Part shown: positions 1-13,589 of the stretch, piece by piece
Layout of the letters: each line of letters opens with the position of its first letter
Numbering within the stretch: the first letter of the stretch is position 1
Origin: Podarcis pityusensis
Taxonomy: Eukaryota
NCBI GenBank assembly: GCA_964106645.2
Contig: OZ067039.1
Reading direction: 5' to 3' (one strand)
Length of the DNA: 64,000 nucleotides
The notes under the pieces: generated by a model
The model's input: the letters and a program-made list of their open reading frames with translations, nothing else
The model's database searches: none
Told to the model about the DNA's origin: nothing
Translations under genes and position numbers: made by a program

Positions 1-990
1 AAATATTTAGTGAGATACTGTAATATAAGATAATTAGGAAATCCCTAGATGTAACAGATTAGCCTAATCTCTGACAATTGGCATTGCTAGCCGGGGAGGA
101 TGGGAGTTGGAAGTCAAACATCTGAAGACCAGAGGTCCTCCATCCCTGCTGTAATTGAGCCTCTAAGAATCAGTGTAATAATTAGAAAATGAGGAAGGAA
201 TGGTAATTTGACAGAGGTGGGGTGGTGAGACAATAAAAAATTGGTTCACTTGTGCATGTTTTATCACTTTGAGGACTGCAATGAGAACTTTGCTCATTCA
301 CGGACACATCACAGATCAAATACCACAGTAGTCACACAGTGTTTTATATTGCGGTCTGTTTACAAATTCAGCTGTGAGTCATATGTTATTGAACAATCAC
401 ATACTAACATGCACGTGTGAAACGGCCCCCCCAAAATTTATTGGCAGGAACTAGTGTTGAGGAATAAACTTCCAGGATAAAAGCAGTCTATATGCCTAAG
501 AAGTTGACTAGTTCTGGAAATCTCATTTGTTTGGGTTCTGCTCAACTGAACAGGGACACAGTTGAAGAAGTGCAGAATTTTCTAGTTTAGGTATTTGTGA
601 CTATAGGGCTCAGCCTTGTGAGAAAAGGTTCATTGATTATAGTAGGATTGTGGAAAGGAAGCATGTGAGACTGGAAGACTATTTATCTTCTTTGTTTCAT
701 TGTCATTCTGTCACAAAATTTTTCTTCCAGAGAGAGTAATTTACCCATGGTAGTCTGCTGTGATTAATTATGCAGGGCATATTGATTATTTTTCCTGTGT
801 ATTATGTTTTAAATGCCTGGTAACTGCCCCGTTTTGTGTTTGCATTTGTTACCCATTCTATAGACTTCAACTCGCATGCTCATTTGTAGCTGGAAGGTGT
901 TCCAGACACTGCATGTTGATTAGAAGAGCTTTCCTTTTTGCAGGTATAGAAGGGGACATGTTGTACACAGCTGAAATCAGATCTCTGTAT

Positions 991-1284
991 CAGGGGTCGG
1001 CAACCTAAGGCCCATGGGCCACAAGCGGCTCACGGGGGTCGTTTAACCGGCCCACGAGCCACCCTGGAACCAAGCCGCTCACTCGGCAAGTCCCCGCGCA
1101 CTGCACTAAACCGGCACAGCATGGCGCGGGGACTCACTTCCACGGCGCCGGAAATCGCATCTGTGCAGACGCTGGAAATCGTGTCTGCGCAAATGTAGAA
1201 ATCGTGGGCGCACGGGCTCCGGCCCACGGAGGGATCTCTGCTGGAGTGAAGCAGCCCAGGCGAGGTAAACCTTGCCAACCCCTG
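991..1284. mobile_element. Non-autonomous hAT DNA transposon (MITE), 294 bp, CpG-rich
   Basis: TIRs CAGGGGTCGGCAA / TTGCCAACCCCTG; 8-bp TSD ctctgtat (983-990) / ctctatat (1285-1292). Confidence 0.9.
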
Positions 1285-1294
1285 CTCTATATCC

Positions 1295-1538
1295 AGAGCC
1301 AGTGTGGTGTAGTGGTTAAGAGCGGTAGATTTGTAATCTGGTGAACCGGGTTCGCATCTCCGCTCCTCCACACGCAGCTGCTGGGTGAGCTTGGGCCAGT
1401 CACACTTCTCTGAAGTCTCTCAGCCCCACTCACCTCACAGAGTGTTTGTTGTGGGGGAGGAAGGGAAAGGAAAATGTTAGCCGCTTTGAGACTCCTTCGG
1501 GTAGCGATAAAGCGGGATATCAAATCCAAACTCTTCTT

Positions 1539-1568
<30 letters not shown>
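1295..1568 (+). mobile_element. tRNA-derived SINE (Squam3-like) with L2-like 3' end and (CTT)n tail
   Basis: A box TGGTGTAGTGG (1305-1315), B box GGTTCGCATCT (1349-1359), CORE-like body, ...agccgctttgag...gcgggatatcaaat end, (TTC)n tail 1532-1568. Family name is from memory. Confidence 0.85.
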
Positions 1569-1569
<1 letters not shown>

Positions 1570-3358
1570 GCATTGACCTGTCCTCATGGATCTTGTTTGT
1601 CCACTAGTCCTCACACTTGTTTTAATTGAAATTCATGTTTCTTTCTGGAGAAAAAATTGTAACAACTTGAGATACTGGGACAAAGCAACAAACATATATT
1701 TACATACACATTCCTTTTGGTTTAACATGTTGTTTTAAGGGCTTTCCATGTTCACTCAGGTGGTCTGTGGCACGTCTGTAAAAATAGGATCCACCTTGGG
1801 TCTGCTTTCATGTCCTACTTGTGGGCTTTCCAGAGGCATCTGGCTGGTCACTGCTGGGCTTTGACCTGATCCAGCAAGGCTCTTCTTACCTTGCTGGTCA
1901 CTTCCATGATCGCTGCACCCACATAGGAATTGTTCTAACCATGTTAGATAGCTCGACAAGAAGGAACTGCACAGAAGCGTTTTCTGGCGGTTTTAGCTGC
2001 TTTTCATGAGCCTGCTCTTAGAGTTGGATAACATGCGTGAGTTATGAACTGCAACAGGTAGAATAGGATGTGAGTACCAAGGGTTATAATTGGAGGTACA
2101 TGCCTTTTTATTTCATTTGCTTGGACCCTAACACAGTCCATGTGCTCTCTCCCTGGGTTCAGGTGCTTTTTTTGTTCAGGAAGTAGAGTACTATATTGGG
2201 GTGGGTACCAATTAGAAACAAGTAGCGTGTTATTTTGTGTTTTCAGATATAATTATTACTTACGTTAAATTGGTCCCCAGCTGTGTCTCTTATTGTCCAG
2301 CTACAGGGAAAGGCAAAGCTCATTATCAGCTATGTAATGTTTGCCTAAAAGGTATGGGAGCTTTCATTTTGTTATAAAGAATGGTTATTGCCATTTTTTT
2401 GTTGGCCCATCCATGTTTTGAGTTGCAAAAAAATGGTTGCAATGATTCTTTGTGTGCATCTGGCAGTCTGGGTCCCCATTGAGAAATAACTTGAGGTATT
2501 CCTGCCTTCTTACAAGACTTCAGTCTGCTAATAATGGCATCCTGGCTCAGTTGAACTGTTCCTAATATCCTTTTGTGGCAAGTCTGGGATACTTCTGGCA
2601 ATTGCCGTCTGTACAATGCTGTTCTTTTATCTCTGGCTTTTATATACTGTACTGGTGTATAGTTGAAGGAGTCAGACATTTTTGATGATTCTGCTAAAGA
2701 AATTGTCTTTTAAAAAACCATGTCTGTCTCCTCTCCAGTTCCATAAAACAGAAGCTAACTGCATGTCTGCTCTTGGCTATAAAGAAAAAAGTCTCAATTT
2801 GCTGAGGGGGATGGTGAGAGAGGCATGTCTAACTTTTTTCCTGTTTCAGCTTTAGCCTTTCAGGTATGAAGCTAGTACTTAACAGGGCTACAGAATTTCC
2901 TCTTGCTGTTTACATTTCAGTTGATGTGACAAAGCCACTCATTTAAAAATTGATAAAATTTAAATTATACTTATAAGCCAACGTTTGCTATTGTTGATAA
3001 ATAAATGACAATTAATATTCTAAAACTTCTAAAAGTTTTAGTAACTTTTTCCTTTTATGTTACAGATTTGTACACCACTTAATTGTAATTCTAAGTGGTG
3101 AAAACTATATACAGGGGGCTGTGACCAATGAAGTCACTGCATTAGCACAAGGAATTCCATCAGCTCAATGGGACTTCCTCTTCTTATGACCCCCCCATCT
3201 GCTATGGAGGGTTGGGGAGCCCCCAGAATAAATTTGGGACGGTGCAGGGAGAAGATGCCCCATTGTACAGGCAGGAGTCCTTGCACTAGCAAGACAACTT
3301 AATTGGATACAATCCTATATTCTAGAAATTATTTACTATACATTATGTCTGAAAAATA

Positions 3359-3653
3359 CAGGGGTCAGCAAACTTTTTTGGCAGGGGGCCAGTCCACTGT
3401 CCCTCCGACCTTGTGGGGGGCCGGATTATGTTTTGCCCCACAATTAACCCAGAGATGCATTTTAAATAAAAGCATGCATTCTACTCATGTAAAAACACCA
3501 GGCAGGCCCCACAAATAACCCAGAAATGCATTTTAAATAAAAGGACACATTCTACTCTGGTAAAAACACGCTGATTCCTGGACCATATGCGGGCCGGATT
3601 GAGAAGGCGATTGGGCCGGATCCAGCCCCTGGGCTTTAGTTTGCCTACCCTTG
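3359..3653. mobile_element. hAT-type MITE, same family as 28581-28847, with an internal ~60-bp duplication
   Basis: Ends CAGGGGTCAGCAAAC / GTTTGCCTACCCTTG; body aligns by eye to the 28.6 kb copy; no TSD seen. Confidence 0.82.
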
Positions 3654-5723
3654 GTTTATAATCTGTCTGCCCCACTGAACTCTGGGGGACTTACTTGTAG
3701 GTAGATGTTTGTAGGATTACATCCTGAATCTTCTCTTTCCTCTTTTCCCCAGTTAGCTTAACTGGGGAGTTTATTTTACTAATGTAGTATAAAAAAACTG
3801 CTTAAAAAAAACCCCAAGGCAGCTTCATTAATAGTCATGAATTCTCTTCATGGTAGGGGTAGGAGTAGGTGAGACGTGTTAACAGTCTACTCTCCACCCC
3901 ACTGAAAACAAGCCCTTTCTTTATTCTTTTTGCATGTTCATAGTTGGCAAAGGGAACAGCTTCCTACCTATCCCACCACCCTTTTTCTTTAAACCAGCAA
4001 GGCTTCCCAAGCCAGTGACTTAAGCATTCCTGGGAGTAGTGCCTGTGGTCTACTTTATGCAGTCCCCCTCCTGACATTCTCATTCTCAGCCCAGGTAACA
4101 AAGGCAGGGAATAGTAAGAGCCAGGGGAGAGAGGGGTCCGTAGCAGTCTGCAGAAGGATCATAAGCCCATTCAGAGCACAAAGCAACTATAAACTGGGTT
4201 TCAAATGAATTCCCAAGAACCTGTTAGAATAGTAAAGATGACAGAAAGCGAAACTGTTTTTCTCAGCACACTAGAGGTTTCATTCATTAGGATGAAACTC
4301 TCTTCCAGCTTATTTTCTTCCATTTCTGTTAGAACTTTGTAGCATGGGTTTACAGTATAAATTTTATATACATATACTTTCAAACTAGTTTCCTGAGACG
4401 GCTAGAGACTGCAATGGTGGCTGCTCCTTCACTGTGCCACCAGACAGGCTTCATTGTCTTTGCATGGTTTCAACTAGTAGCATGGTTGGGGAACTTGCAG
4501 AAAACCAGAATTGCCTTTTCCGATTCAGTGCTAAAGAGCGGATTTTTGCAGGGAAAGTGCCAGGGCAGAAAGAAAGTAAGAAAAAGTGCTTGGACACTGT
4601 GCTTTAAAGCACAGACCTGTGCCTTAAAAGCTCGGGGCAAAGTTGTAGATGAGCTCCAACTTCTTGCTGTTGGTGAATCCATGGCAGGCATGACAAGGGG
4701 AGCAACGGCAAGCAGTGCCAAAAGACGAAAGGCCTTTTTTGAGCAGGAGAGTGCTGAAGAGGAGACATTGCAAGGCCGTTTGCTTTCTGCACTTTGGAAT
4801 AGGCAGCCTCACCCGAGCTGTACCACAACTCTTCATCCACCCCCACTGTGGACTGTAACAGCTTCAGGCTGATTTACTTCTCTTTTCATTAGATTTAATT
4901 GGGTGGGTGTCAGAGCTGAGGTCAGTGCAGTATAGTAGTTGAAGTTGGCTTTAATGTGTTGCCAGTGCATTTCTGGGGGCAGCCTTTATGCTATTTGTTT
5001 TTTGCTGTTTCCAGCTGCAGTCTTTGTACATTTTTCTTATGCTTAAGCTAGTTAGAACAGTTTATAGCTATATGTATAAGGTTTCCAGTGACTTCATAGG
5101 AAATTCCTTACAGTGTTCATGCTGTTGCCATCCTTTATAGCTTCTATTTTTGACTTGCTTTACCTACTGTTCATCGATGTATGAGATGCTCCGTGTTCTC
5201 CTATAGGCTCCTACCACTATAGTCATTAACAGTGCAATCCTATGCATATTTACTTAAATGTAAGTCCTACTGGTTAAGTAGTGCTTACTCCCAGGTAAGT
5301 ACATAGGGTTTTCAATTGCCTTTTAGGTGGCGGAAGCAATTAGCCATATCCTTGTGCATGGCTTTAACAATCCTTTTTATGTGTATTGTTTATGTATAAA
5401 AATGAACCTGGGGAGAAAAAAACCTACATTTTATTTGAACTAGTGAATTGATTTTCTATTCTTTGAGACTCCAGCTAGCATTTGATTTCTGGTTCTGTTT
5501 TTGTTTTTTTAATGATTCCCCCCCCCCCCCAAAGCAGTTTTGGAAAATTCTGAGTACTTTTTGCTACAATGAATGAATGAATGTATATAGACAAATACAT
5601 AGAATATAACAGACGTGTAATTTCAAAAACATGGAGCATGTAGTTGGTTGGAAAATTGTCCGTCCAGTATATTCTTATGCCTTTCCTCTATGTTGCATTT
5701 TAGATCTACAAAGGCTTTCCTAT

Positions 5724-5917
5724 ATTGTCGTACCTTGGAAGTCAAACAGAATCTGTTCTGGAAGTCCATTCAACTTCCAAAGCATTCAACTTTCAAAGTG
5801 CGGCTTCTGATTGGCTGCAGGAAGCTCCTGCAGCCAATCAGAAGCCGCGGAAGCCCCGTCGGACATTCGGCTTCCAAAAGAACATTCGAAAACTGGAACA
5901 CTCATTTCCCTTTTGCC
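5724..5917. mobile_element. Partial Tc1/Tigger-like MITE with perfect internal 23-bp hairpin
   Basis: Starts ...gtcgtaccttggaagtc, like the CAGTGGTACC-type TIRs elsewhere in the window; inverted arms 5800-5822 / 5826-5848. Right end not found, so boundaries are approximate. Confidence 0.6.
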
Positions 5918-8852
5918 TTTCCCTTTTGTATACTGTGAAAAGTAGTGAAAGTAGTAGCCTAGTGAAAGAACTGTTGGGGACAACACTTGCCTCCAGAAAT
6001 AAATTGGACTTTTGCAAAAAGTCTTGTTGACTTTTTGATTATTATTTTTTAAGGAAAGTGATGAGGCAATGCACAGAACAGTGTGGGCTAGCAGTTGCTT
6101 GATTCAATGTCAAATAACCTTCCTGCAAGCAAATAGGAATAAAAGTTCAATAAACAGGTTTGCATGTGACCAGCATCTATAAAGCAGGAACAGGGAACAC
6201 TTTGCCCTGCAGCTGATGTTGATCTCTAACTCCTATCATTCCTTCTTTGAGGGATCTAAGCAACAAATTTTGGAAAAGGTTGAAGAGAACCTGCTTGCAT
6301 CCCACACTCATACTTAACACCACATTTCCGCTTTCTTATTCTCTGAAAGGTATAGATTGTTGTACAAAGGGTTTCCTGTCATTTTACTGCTACTTACAAA
6401 GCCTGACCACACACCCTTTCAAATGGTGTTCACTCTGATTTATGACTCTGGCACATTCCCTGTTGCGTTATGACCAGTGGGTGGGACTTTCTTTTATCTT
6501 TGAACTTGGTTCCACAGTTGCACTTGGTCTGCTGAAGGAACAACTGTAAATTTCTAAAGCTGTATAATGCTGGCTCTAAGCTTTCTTTGTCCTAAAGTTT
6601 TGATAGAAGAGGAACATTGAAAATAGGTTTTCATAAAATTCAGTCTCATCCCAGCACACCCTTCCTCAGTGCTTATCGCAACTTGTCGCTAACTGACACC
6701 TGAAGCCCTAGTTTTAAAACTATTTCTTCAATTTCCTACATCCACACATGCTCTCAGTGCTCAAACTCAGGCAAATTTTGCCATGTTGAATGCACAATCA
6801 GGGAGCAAAGTGTTGCAAAACCTTGGGAGTGGTCGTTGCCAACTAAAGAGTTGCCACTTTGATAGCAAGTACATCACCTTACACCTTATGGTATCATCAT
6901 AACAAGCTTGTGGGCTTTTATTTAGTGAATAATTGTGCATTAAGTAATCCAAGGACATAAGAATAATCGGCAGAGGACTTTAAAAGGTCCCTGACCAACC
7001 CCCACCCTGCTATTTGAAGAATGAGTGAGCAAGTGAGTAAATCAGACAGACCACATGGAGTCAACTCTGCCTGCGTCCCGGCAGTGGGCTGCCACATCAC
7101 ACAGGACCGGGTAGGTGGGTGGGGGTGGGGAGAGCAGCATTCTTCCCATTCAGCAGTTTAAAACATAAGCTTGTGGCTGAAGAAAAGCTAATAATCCACT
7201 CCAAGCAAAACAGTATCTCAGCTGTCTATAGCCGCCACAGGTGTTTTGTGTTATAAAGGAACAAGGCTGGATGTCTGGAGGTTTCCAGGCTTTTGGTCAC
7301 AGATTGTTTGGTTGTCCTTGATGACACAGCCTTGCAGCTCTGAAACTGGAATGGAGGATTTGAAATTATGTTAAGGGAAAAGAAACAACTAAATGAACGG
7401 CTGGCAAGAGCGGATTTTGCTTTTCCCTCGGTTACTAGGTCAGATGTTAGTAGACTAGAAATTGGAAAACGCCTCTTGAGTCAAAATTATTTCTTAGCTT
7501 CTTGTGGAAATGTAGGGACATTTTGTTTTGCTGCAAAGGGATTGAAATGTTCTCCAGTTTTTAAGATCCCTGATCTTATTCTTCAGCATATATGAACCTG
7601 GGTTGTCTTATCACTATGTTTTTATGCCTGTTGCTTGTTGTTAACGGTTACCTGTTTCATGTGATGGACATGTGGTCATGGTCTACATAGGCAAAGAGTC
7701 AGTGCAACCCATCACCAAGTATGTGATTGTTTCTGCACTGGAATTCCTGAGTGCTGATGAATCAAAATGGCCAAAGTCCATTCCTCAGCCTGTTCCCTTG
7801 TAAGGACCAAATGCAGCTGCCAGGACCACCAATTTAGAAAGCCAGCTCCATGCTGCTACATGTTGATGGTCTGTCATTCACAGCAGCCAATGTCTGTTAT
7901 CCGTCTTCTGTTGCAAGGAACACAGTTCAGAAAGAAGGAAAATTGTCATATATGGTGAAAAGCTTGGTGGTGGTTATGTAATCATGAACTTCCCGTCCCA
8001 AAATCATTGCCGCCCCTTCAGTTCAAGAGATATGTTAATGTCTCTCCTTTCTGCCCTACGCAAAGGATCAGTGTGGTGATGAGTGATAGTTCATCACTTA
8101 CCCAGTGTCTGCTGTAAATGTTAATGGCCTTCCCATACAGGAAGTGTGTTAGTCATTTACATCCTTTCTCCATAAAATGGCCCAGCACAATTTTAATGTG
8201 AGCAGATGATAATGTTGCATAATCCTTTAATTCTACAGCAAAATTGAGCAACAGGGGCTTGCTACAAGCACCAAAACCCGTGCAGTAACTACAGCTAGCA
8301 GGGAGAGTATATTGTCTTTAGAAAATGGCATGTTTAATGTTTAGGTGGTGGCTTCTTTAATCAGAAAAGCAAGCAAACAAATACTTTGCATGTCTGTTTC
8401 AAATATATTCCTGTGGAGAATGCACTTGAGCCCTTCCACTTTTGTTATGCTATCTGTGTCTTTGTTTGGAGCCCTGTGGTTTCTTCTACATAAAACTGAA
8501 TGTCTCATTCAGCATTTCATGCATGCTGTTTTGCAGTGCTTCAGAATAATCCAGGCATGGCCAGTGTAACCTGTTGGATGCATCAGTTTACATGGCACGT
8601 TGCACTGCCATCTTGAGGGCAGGAGGAAAAGCATACTAAAAATAAGTATGGATTCTGTTTTTTTGGACATTTGCCCTCAAGATGGCAGCTGTAATTTAAG
8701 GCTATGAGATGCTGGCTTATTCCCTGCATGTTCCTTCTGAAGCACCAGATGGGCTTTACACTTTGCTACTGCCCCTGGATCACGGAGGACGAATGAGTGA
8801 GAGAATCTGGCTCATTTTCTGAGGTGCTGTTGGATAGCTGGCTTTTGACTAG

Positions 8853-9167
8853 TAAAGGTAAACCCCTGACCATTAGGTCCAGTTGCAGACGACTCTGGGG
8901 TTGCGGCACTCATCTCGCTCTATAGGCTGAGGGAGCCAGCGTTTGTCCACAGACAGCTTCTGGGTCATGTGGCCAGCATGACAAAGCTGCTTCTAGCGAA
9001 CCAGAGCAGCGCACGGAAACGCCGTTTACCTTCCCTCCGGAGTGATACCTATTTATCTACTTGCACTTGATGTGCTTTCGAACTGCTAGGTGGGCAGGAG
9101 CTGGGACCGAACAACGGGAGCTCACCCTGGCACAGGGAACCGCTGACCTTCTGATCGGCAAGCACTA
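8853..9167 (-). mobile_element. Sauria SINE, slightly 5'-truncated, with 13-bp TSD
   Basis: The ACCTTT-type tail reads taaaggtaaa on +; characteristic body (gggagccagcgtttgtccacagacagcttc...acctatttatctacttgcac); TSD ggcttttgactag at 8840-8852 and 9168-9180. Confidence 0.93.
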
Positions 9168-11004
9168 GGCTTTTGACTAGCATGGTAGTTTAAAACAGGG
9201 AAAGCTTCTCCCTCTGCTGGAAACCCAACTTCAGTCTTCTTGATTCATCCCGAGGCAACTTTAATGAGAACAGGGGGCTGAAGGGGCAGAGGCAGAAGGA
9301 GCTGACCTGCCTGGGTTGTTTACCAAGTGTAAAAAGTTGGAAAAGAGGGTTTCTTTGTTTAGGAAGGGGAAGCAGAGGAATACTGGATGTAGGAATGACT
9401 TTAAGGGGAATTGATTTGGTGGAATTTGCTTTTAGTAAAGTGTGCATACTGTTGTAACAGTGAATGGGAGGGTCAGCAAATATTTAGAGTTGGGGTTCAT
9501 ATCCTTTCTCTGCTCTGTATTAATTGTACCCATTGACATTGCTTGTCTCCATTCTGTTTGCATCTCCATTTCATGCTTTCCAATTGTTACACATTTTTGT
9601 CTGGTTTGTTTTGATCTGTGTTGGCCTGATACCATTGCCAAAAGGTATTAATTGTAGAATTGTTGAATGTGTTTACAACTTAGATGAAGATGTGGGTTTT
9701 TTGTTGTTGTTTTTTTGTTTTGTTTTTTTGCAAGTAGGGGCTCTTCCCCCTGATCTGGCAAGGGTGGACTTGTGGCACTGCCACTTTCTGGTGACAGCAG
9801 TTCCCTCAGTGTCCAGCCAGTGATTCATATTTTATCATTGACAGAGGCAAGCATCTGTTAAGTCACCAGTCTGGGTGATTTCCAGGAAGGGAATGATATT
9901 AATGAGGTAATCACTGTTTGCTTCAGTGTACTGTGGATGAAAGAAAGCTACAGTTCTGCAATGAATTAAAGTTTTTGGATTAACCCGTTGAAGGATTTGT
10001 TTACCGCTCCAGCACTGGAGGAACGAAAGGAACTTGACCAGATTTGTATGATAGTCCCAAACAACTTGAGCGATGGCTGTTGTGCAAGGATAGTAAAAAT
10101 GGTGCCTCCCCCCCAAGATATTGCTGGGCCACAACTGGAACATCTCTGACCATTGCCCATAGTGGCTGGGACTGATGGCCATTGGAATCCAGCTTCTTAG
10201 CTACCTGTGTGTTTTTTTTATCATTTTATTATAAATATCAATACATTACAAAACAATATATACTTAATATTACATTACATATATTACATACAAAACATAC
10301 CTGTGTTCTACTGTTCACCATATTTTTGACGCACATATGTGAATATGCATTGTAGACGAAGTGGTGCTATGCTGAAAATTGCAGGGACTTAAAGAACAAT
10401 GATGATGCACTTCTTGTGGACTCCCTGCCCTGGGAAGTTGACCTAGTATCTTCCCTAATGAGCTCTAGAAAGCAAGTAGTGATCGTTGTTTCATTGATTT
10501 GGCTGAAATTGGAAACTTTCTTAATTTGAGGTGTGTCGCCCCCCCAATTCTTGCCTTTCATGTGATGCATCATGATTTTATTGAAGTTCTGTTGTTGTTT
10601 TTGTGAAATGCTTAGAAACCTATCCTGTGGAGCAATATGAATACATAGGCAGTTGACTTTTCAGCAATGATGCATGTGAACAGAGACCCTGAAAATTTGG
10701 CATCTGTTAAACATAGACCCTGCCAAGTATGTGAAGTAATATTGGAGGGCAGGGTCTGAGATGTGAGGAGTCTTGTCTTGGTCAGAGTTCTTTGGATGTG
10801 TCTGGCTGTCCCTCAAAGGTTCAAAGTGAACTCCTGACAAGCCGTATTCTTATTACGTTTGTTTAGTGTTCTGCTTCTACTCCACTCAGAACATGGTGTA
10901 TTGACTGTACTACAAGTTTGCTTGATGATTCACTGTGGTGCCATCTCATAACAGTTTGGAAATAAACTTGCTTAATAATTGAATCAGATCACCAGTCCAT
11001 CTAG

Positions 11005-11135
11005 CTAAGTGTTGTCCACTGACACAGACGCTCCAGCATTTCTGCCTCTCCCAGTCCTGCTATGCAGAAATACTGGGGGACTGAGCCTGGGACCTTTTGC
11101 ACACAGAACATGTGCTTTGCCATTGAGCCATGCCC
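11005..11135 (-). mobile_element. Degenerate tRNA-derived SINE fragment
   Basis: The reverse complement begins gggcatggctcaatggcaaagcac...aaggtcccaggctcagtccc, a decayed tRNA head with A/B-box remnants. Confidence 0.55.
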
Positions 11136-12032
11136 ACCCCCACCCCACCCTCATGTTGAAAACTTGAATCTCCTGGGATGTATAACTCCTCTGAAAAGCT
11201 TTGAAGGATTTGATTCCATTGACATGAGCTTCAGAAGGTGCAGATAAGAATCTTGCAAATTTGAATTCATCGTTGTGTGAGATCAGGGGTTGAGAATTTT
11301 TGCATGGTCTTGGTGGCCAGCCAGAAATGTGTTGTCTCCAGGACATTCCCTCAACACAGTGGGTGGGGTCTCAAACCTTGTGTCATACCCATTAAACACT
11401 TGCCTCTTGAAGTCAAGAGACAAGCTGAAGCATTGCTGAAACAGTCAGTAGTAGAGGCATGCCCACCTTGCTGTGTCTCTGCCCCCTCTTGAGCAGCCTG
11501 AACCCCACAGCTGCCACCTAGAAGGCATGACAAATAGTTATCTGCCTTCTTTCTTCACCTTGGAGCTGAAGAAGACAGGTGAAAGTTTGTTTTGATGCTC
11601 TTCTGGCACCCACCAAGTGCAGAGCTTAAACAAATAACAGGCGTCTGGTCATCTTTAAAGCAGAGGTAGGAGAACTATCCCCCCCACTCTCTAGTGTTAC
11701 TGTGATGAGGAAGCCTTGGGCTAGTCTTACTCTCTAGAGGCCAGCTAACTAGTCATTATGGCTACTCAAGGGAGCATGTTTGTTGAACCCTTTGTGAAAG
11801 AAAAGTAACCCACATTACCAACATCATGGGGGAGCTTGTTATCAACTCCAAAACTTTTCCAAAACAGCAACATTATTCTGCACTCTTGTGGAATCTCCTC
11901 CCTCCCCAATCTCATGCTTGGCTTTCTTCCTTGGCTGTCATTGTCAAATAATGATAGTTAATGTTAAATTATATTGCTTGTACTTTCCCTCATTTCTCTC
12001 TCTCACTCTCTCTCTCTCTCTCTCTCTTTTAA

Positions 12033-12203
<171 letters not shown>

Positions 12204-12965
12204 TAAGGTGAACAATACAGATCTATCCATTGGGATGTTGCCTCTTCTTTGCTGCCCCTTCTCCCCTTTGTATAACAGGACACCTCAAGACACTAACAAT
12301 ATACTTCAAACATAAACTTATGTGTTCAGTACCCACAGTTGTTCAGGGAAATTTATAATGGTTGGTGTTTTATTGTGTTTTTAATATTTTGTTGGAAGCT
12401 GCCCAGAGTGGCTGGGGCAATCCACTCAGATGGGTGGATGAGATTGATGATGATCATTATCACCACCATAATCATCTTAAAGGAATAGTGGCACACATGT
12501 GGGCTTTTCTTTAATACCTTGTTCTACTGCTTTTTGGAATCTGAACACTACTGTGGTCTCTGAAAATGCCTGGAGAAGTACGGAGGGGAGCCCTAGAGCC
12601 GACATGCCAAATGCTATAGCCAATTGCTGGCAAAGGAACTGAGGATATGTTAGAGTAGCTGATTACTGCAGTTTTAAAATCTCCCGAGGTGTTTACTGTT
12701 GGGAGGATAGCCTTTCCTTTTGGACCTCTCCTGCAATTTATTTGTTTCATTTTGTGTGTAGGTTATACGCAGTGGTTTTTGTATCATTAGGACTTTTTGC
12801 TGAGGATTCAGATATTTTATCAATATGTCACTTCTGTTGTGGATCTGTTTCTTTCCCCTCAATCCAAATTGCAGTTTGCTGTTGCTTACCCCTCCTGCCC
12901 CTGCCAATTTAGCCAACTGTTCTAAGTTCAGCCTGGAATGTAATTGTGAGTGTGTGAAGGACATA

Positions 12966-13224
12966 CCGTATTTTTCGCTCTATAAGACGCACCAGACCAC
13001 AAGACGCACCTAGTTTTTAGAGGAGGAAAACAAGAAAAAAAATATTCTGAATCTCAGAAGCCAGAACAGCAAGAGGGATCGCTGCGCAGTGAGAACAGCA
13101 ATCCCTCTTGCTGTTCTGGCTTCTGGGATAGCTGCGCAGCCTACATTCGGTCCATAAGACGCACACACATTTCCCCTTACTTTTGGGGAGGGAAAAAGTG
13201 AGTCTTATAGAGCAAAAAATACGG
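12966..13224. mobile_element. Tc1/mariner-pogo (Tigger-like) MITE, 259 bp
   Basis: 23-bp TIRs CCGTATTTTTCGCTCTATAAGAC / GTCTTATAGAGCAAAAAATACGG with 1 mismatch; TA TSD on both sides; large internal palindrome at ~13055-13125. Confidence 0.92.
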
Positions 13225-13589
13225 TATTTGCCTAGTGCCTGCTACTGGCTCAACTTTTGAGAGATACACACTCCTCATGTCCATACCATTTTTATTTTTA
13301 AAAACAGCAATAGCTCCTCCTTGCTACTCCTTTAGCTAAAGGCTTCCCACTGTATTTCATTCAGTGGAATCACTTTGACTAGCTTTTTAAAATATGTATG
13401 CTGCCCGGGGGGGGGGGGGGGGAGAGAGAAGTTCTGGCTTTTTCCCTTTGGAGATTAACAGCTCTTTTCCAGGGCAGCACTTGTGCCTTACAGATCTTTA
13501 AAAGTCTTGTGTGATACTGATCATTTGCATCTTCTTCAGTCTTGTCTCTGGTGTGGTCTTGGGTTGAAACAACTTTGGTCATACTGGTG

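Noticed and set aside
1296-1370. tRNA-like sequence (also 35512-35581 and 11070-11135)
   Set aside because: These are SINE heads continuing into SINE bodies or LINE-derived tails; the stems are degenerate, so they are not functional tRNA genes.
1030-1529. ORFs and GC/CpG-rich patch suggesting a promoter or gene
   Set aside because: Fully explained by a hAT MITE plus a SINE.
3440-3570. Two ~60-bp direct repeats with a short spacer, superficially array-like
   Set aside because: An internal duplication within a hAT MITE (single unit in the 28.6 kb copy); only two units in a vertebrate intron, so not a CRISPR array.
4414-4872. 152-aa ORF (likewise 15762-16274, 19984-20442 and 37033-37467)
   Set aside because: No recognisable domain, no supporting splice structure and intronic location; lengths are compatible with chance.
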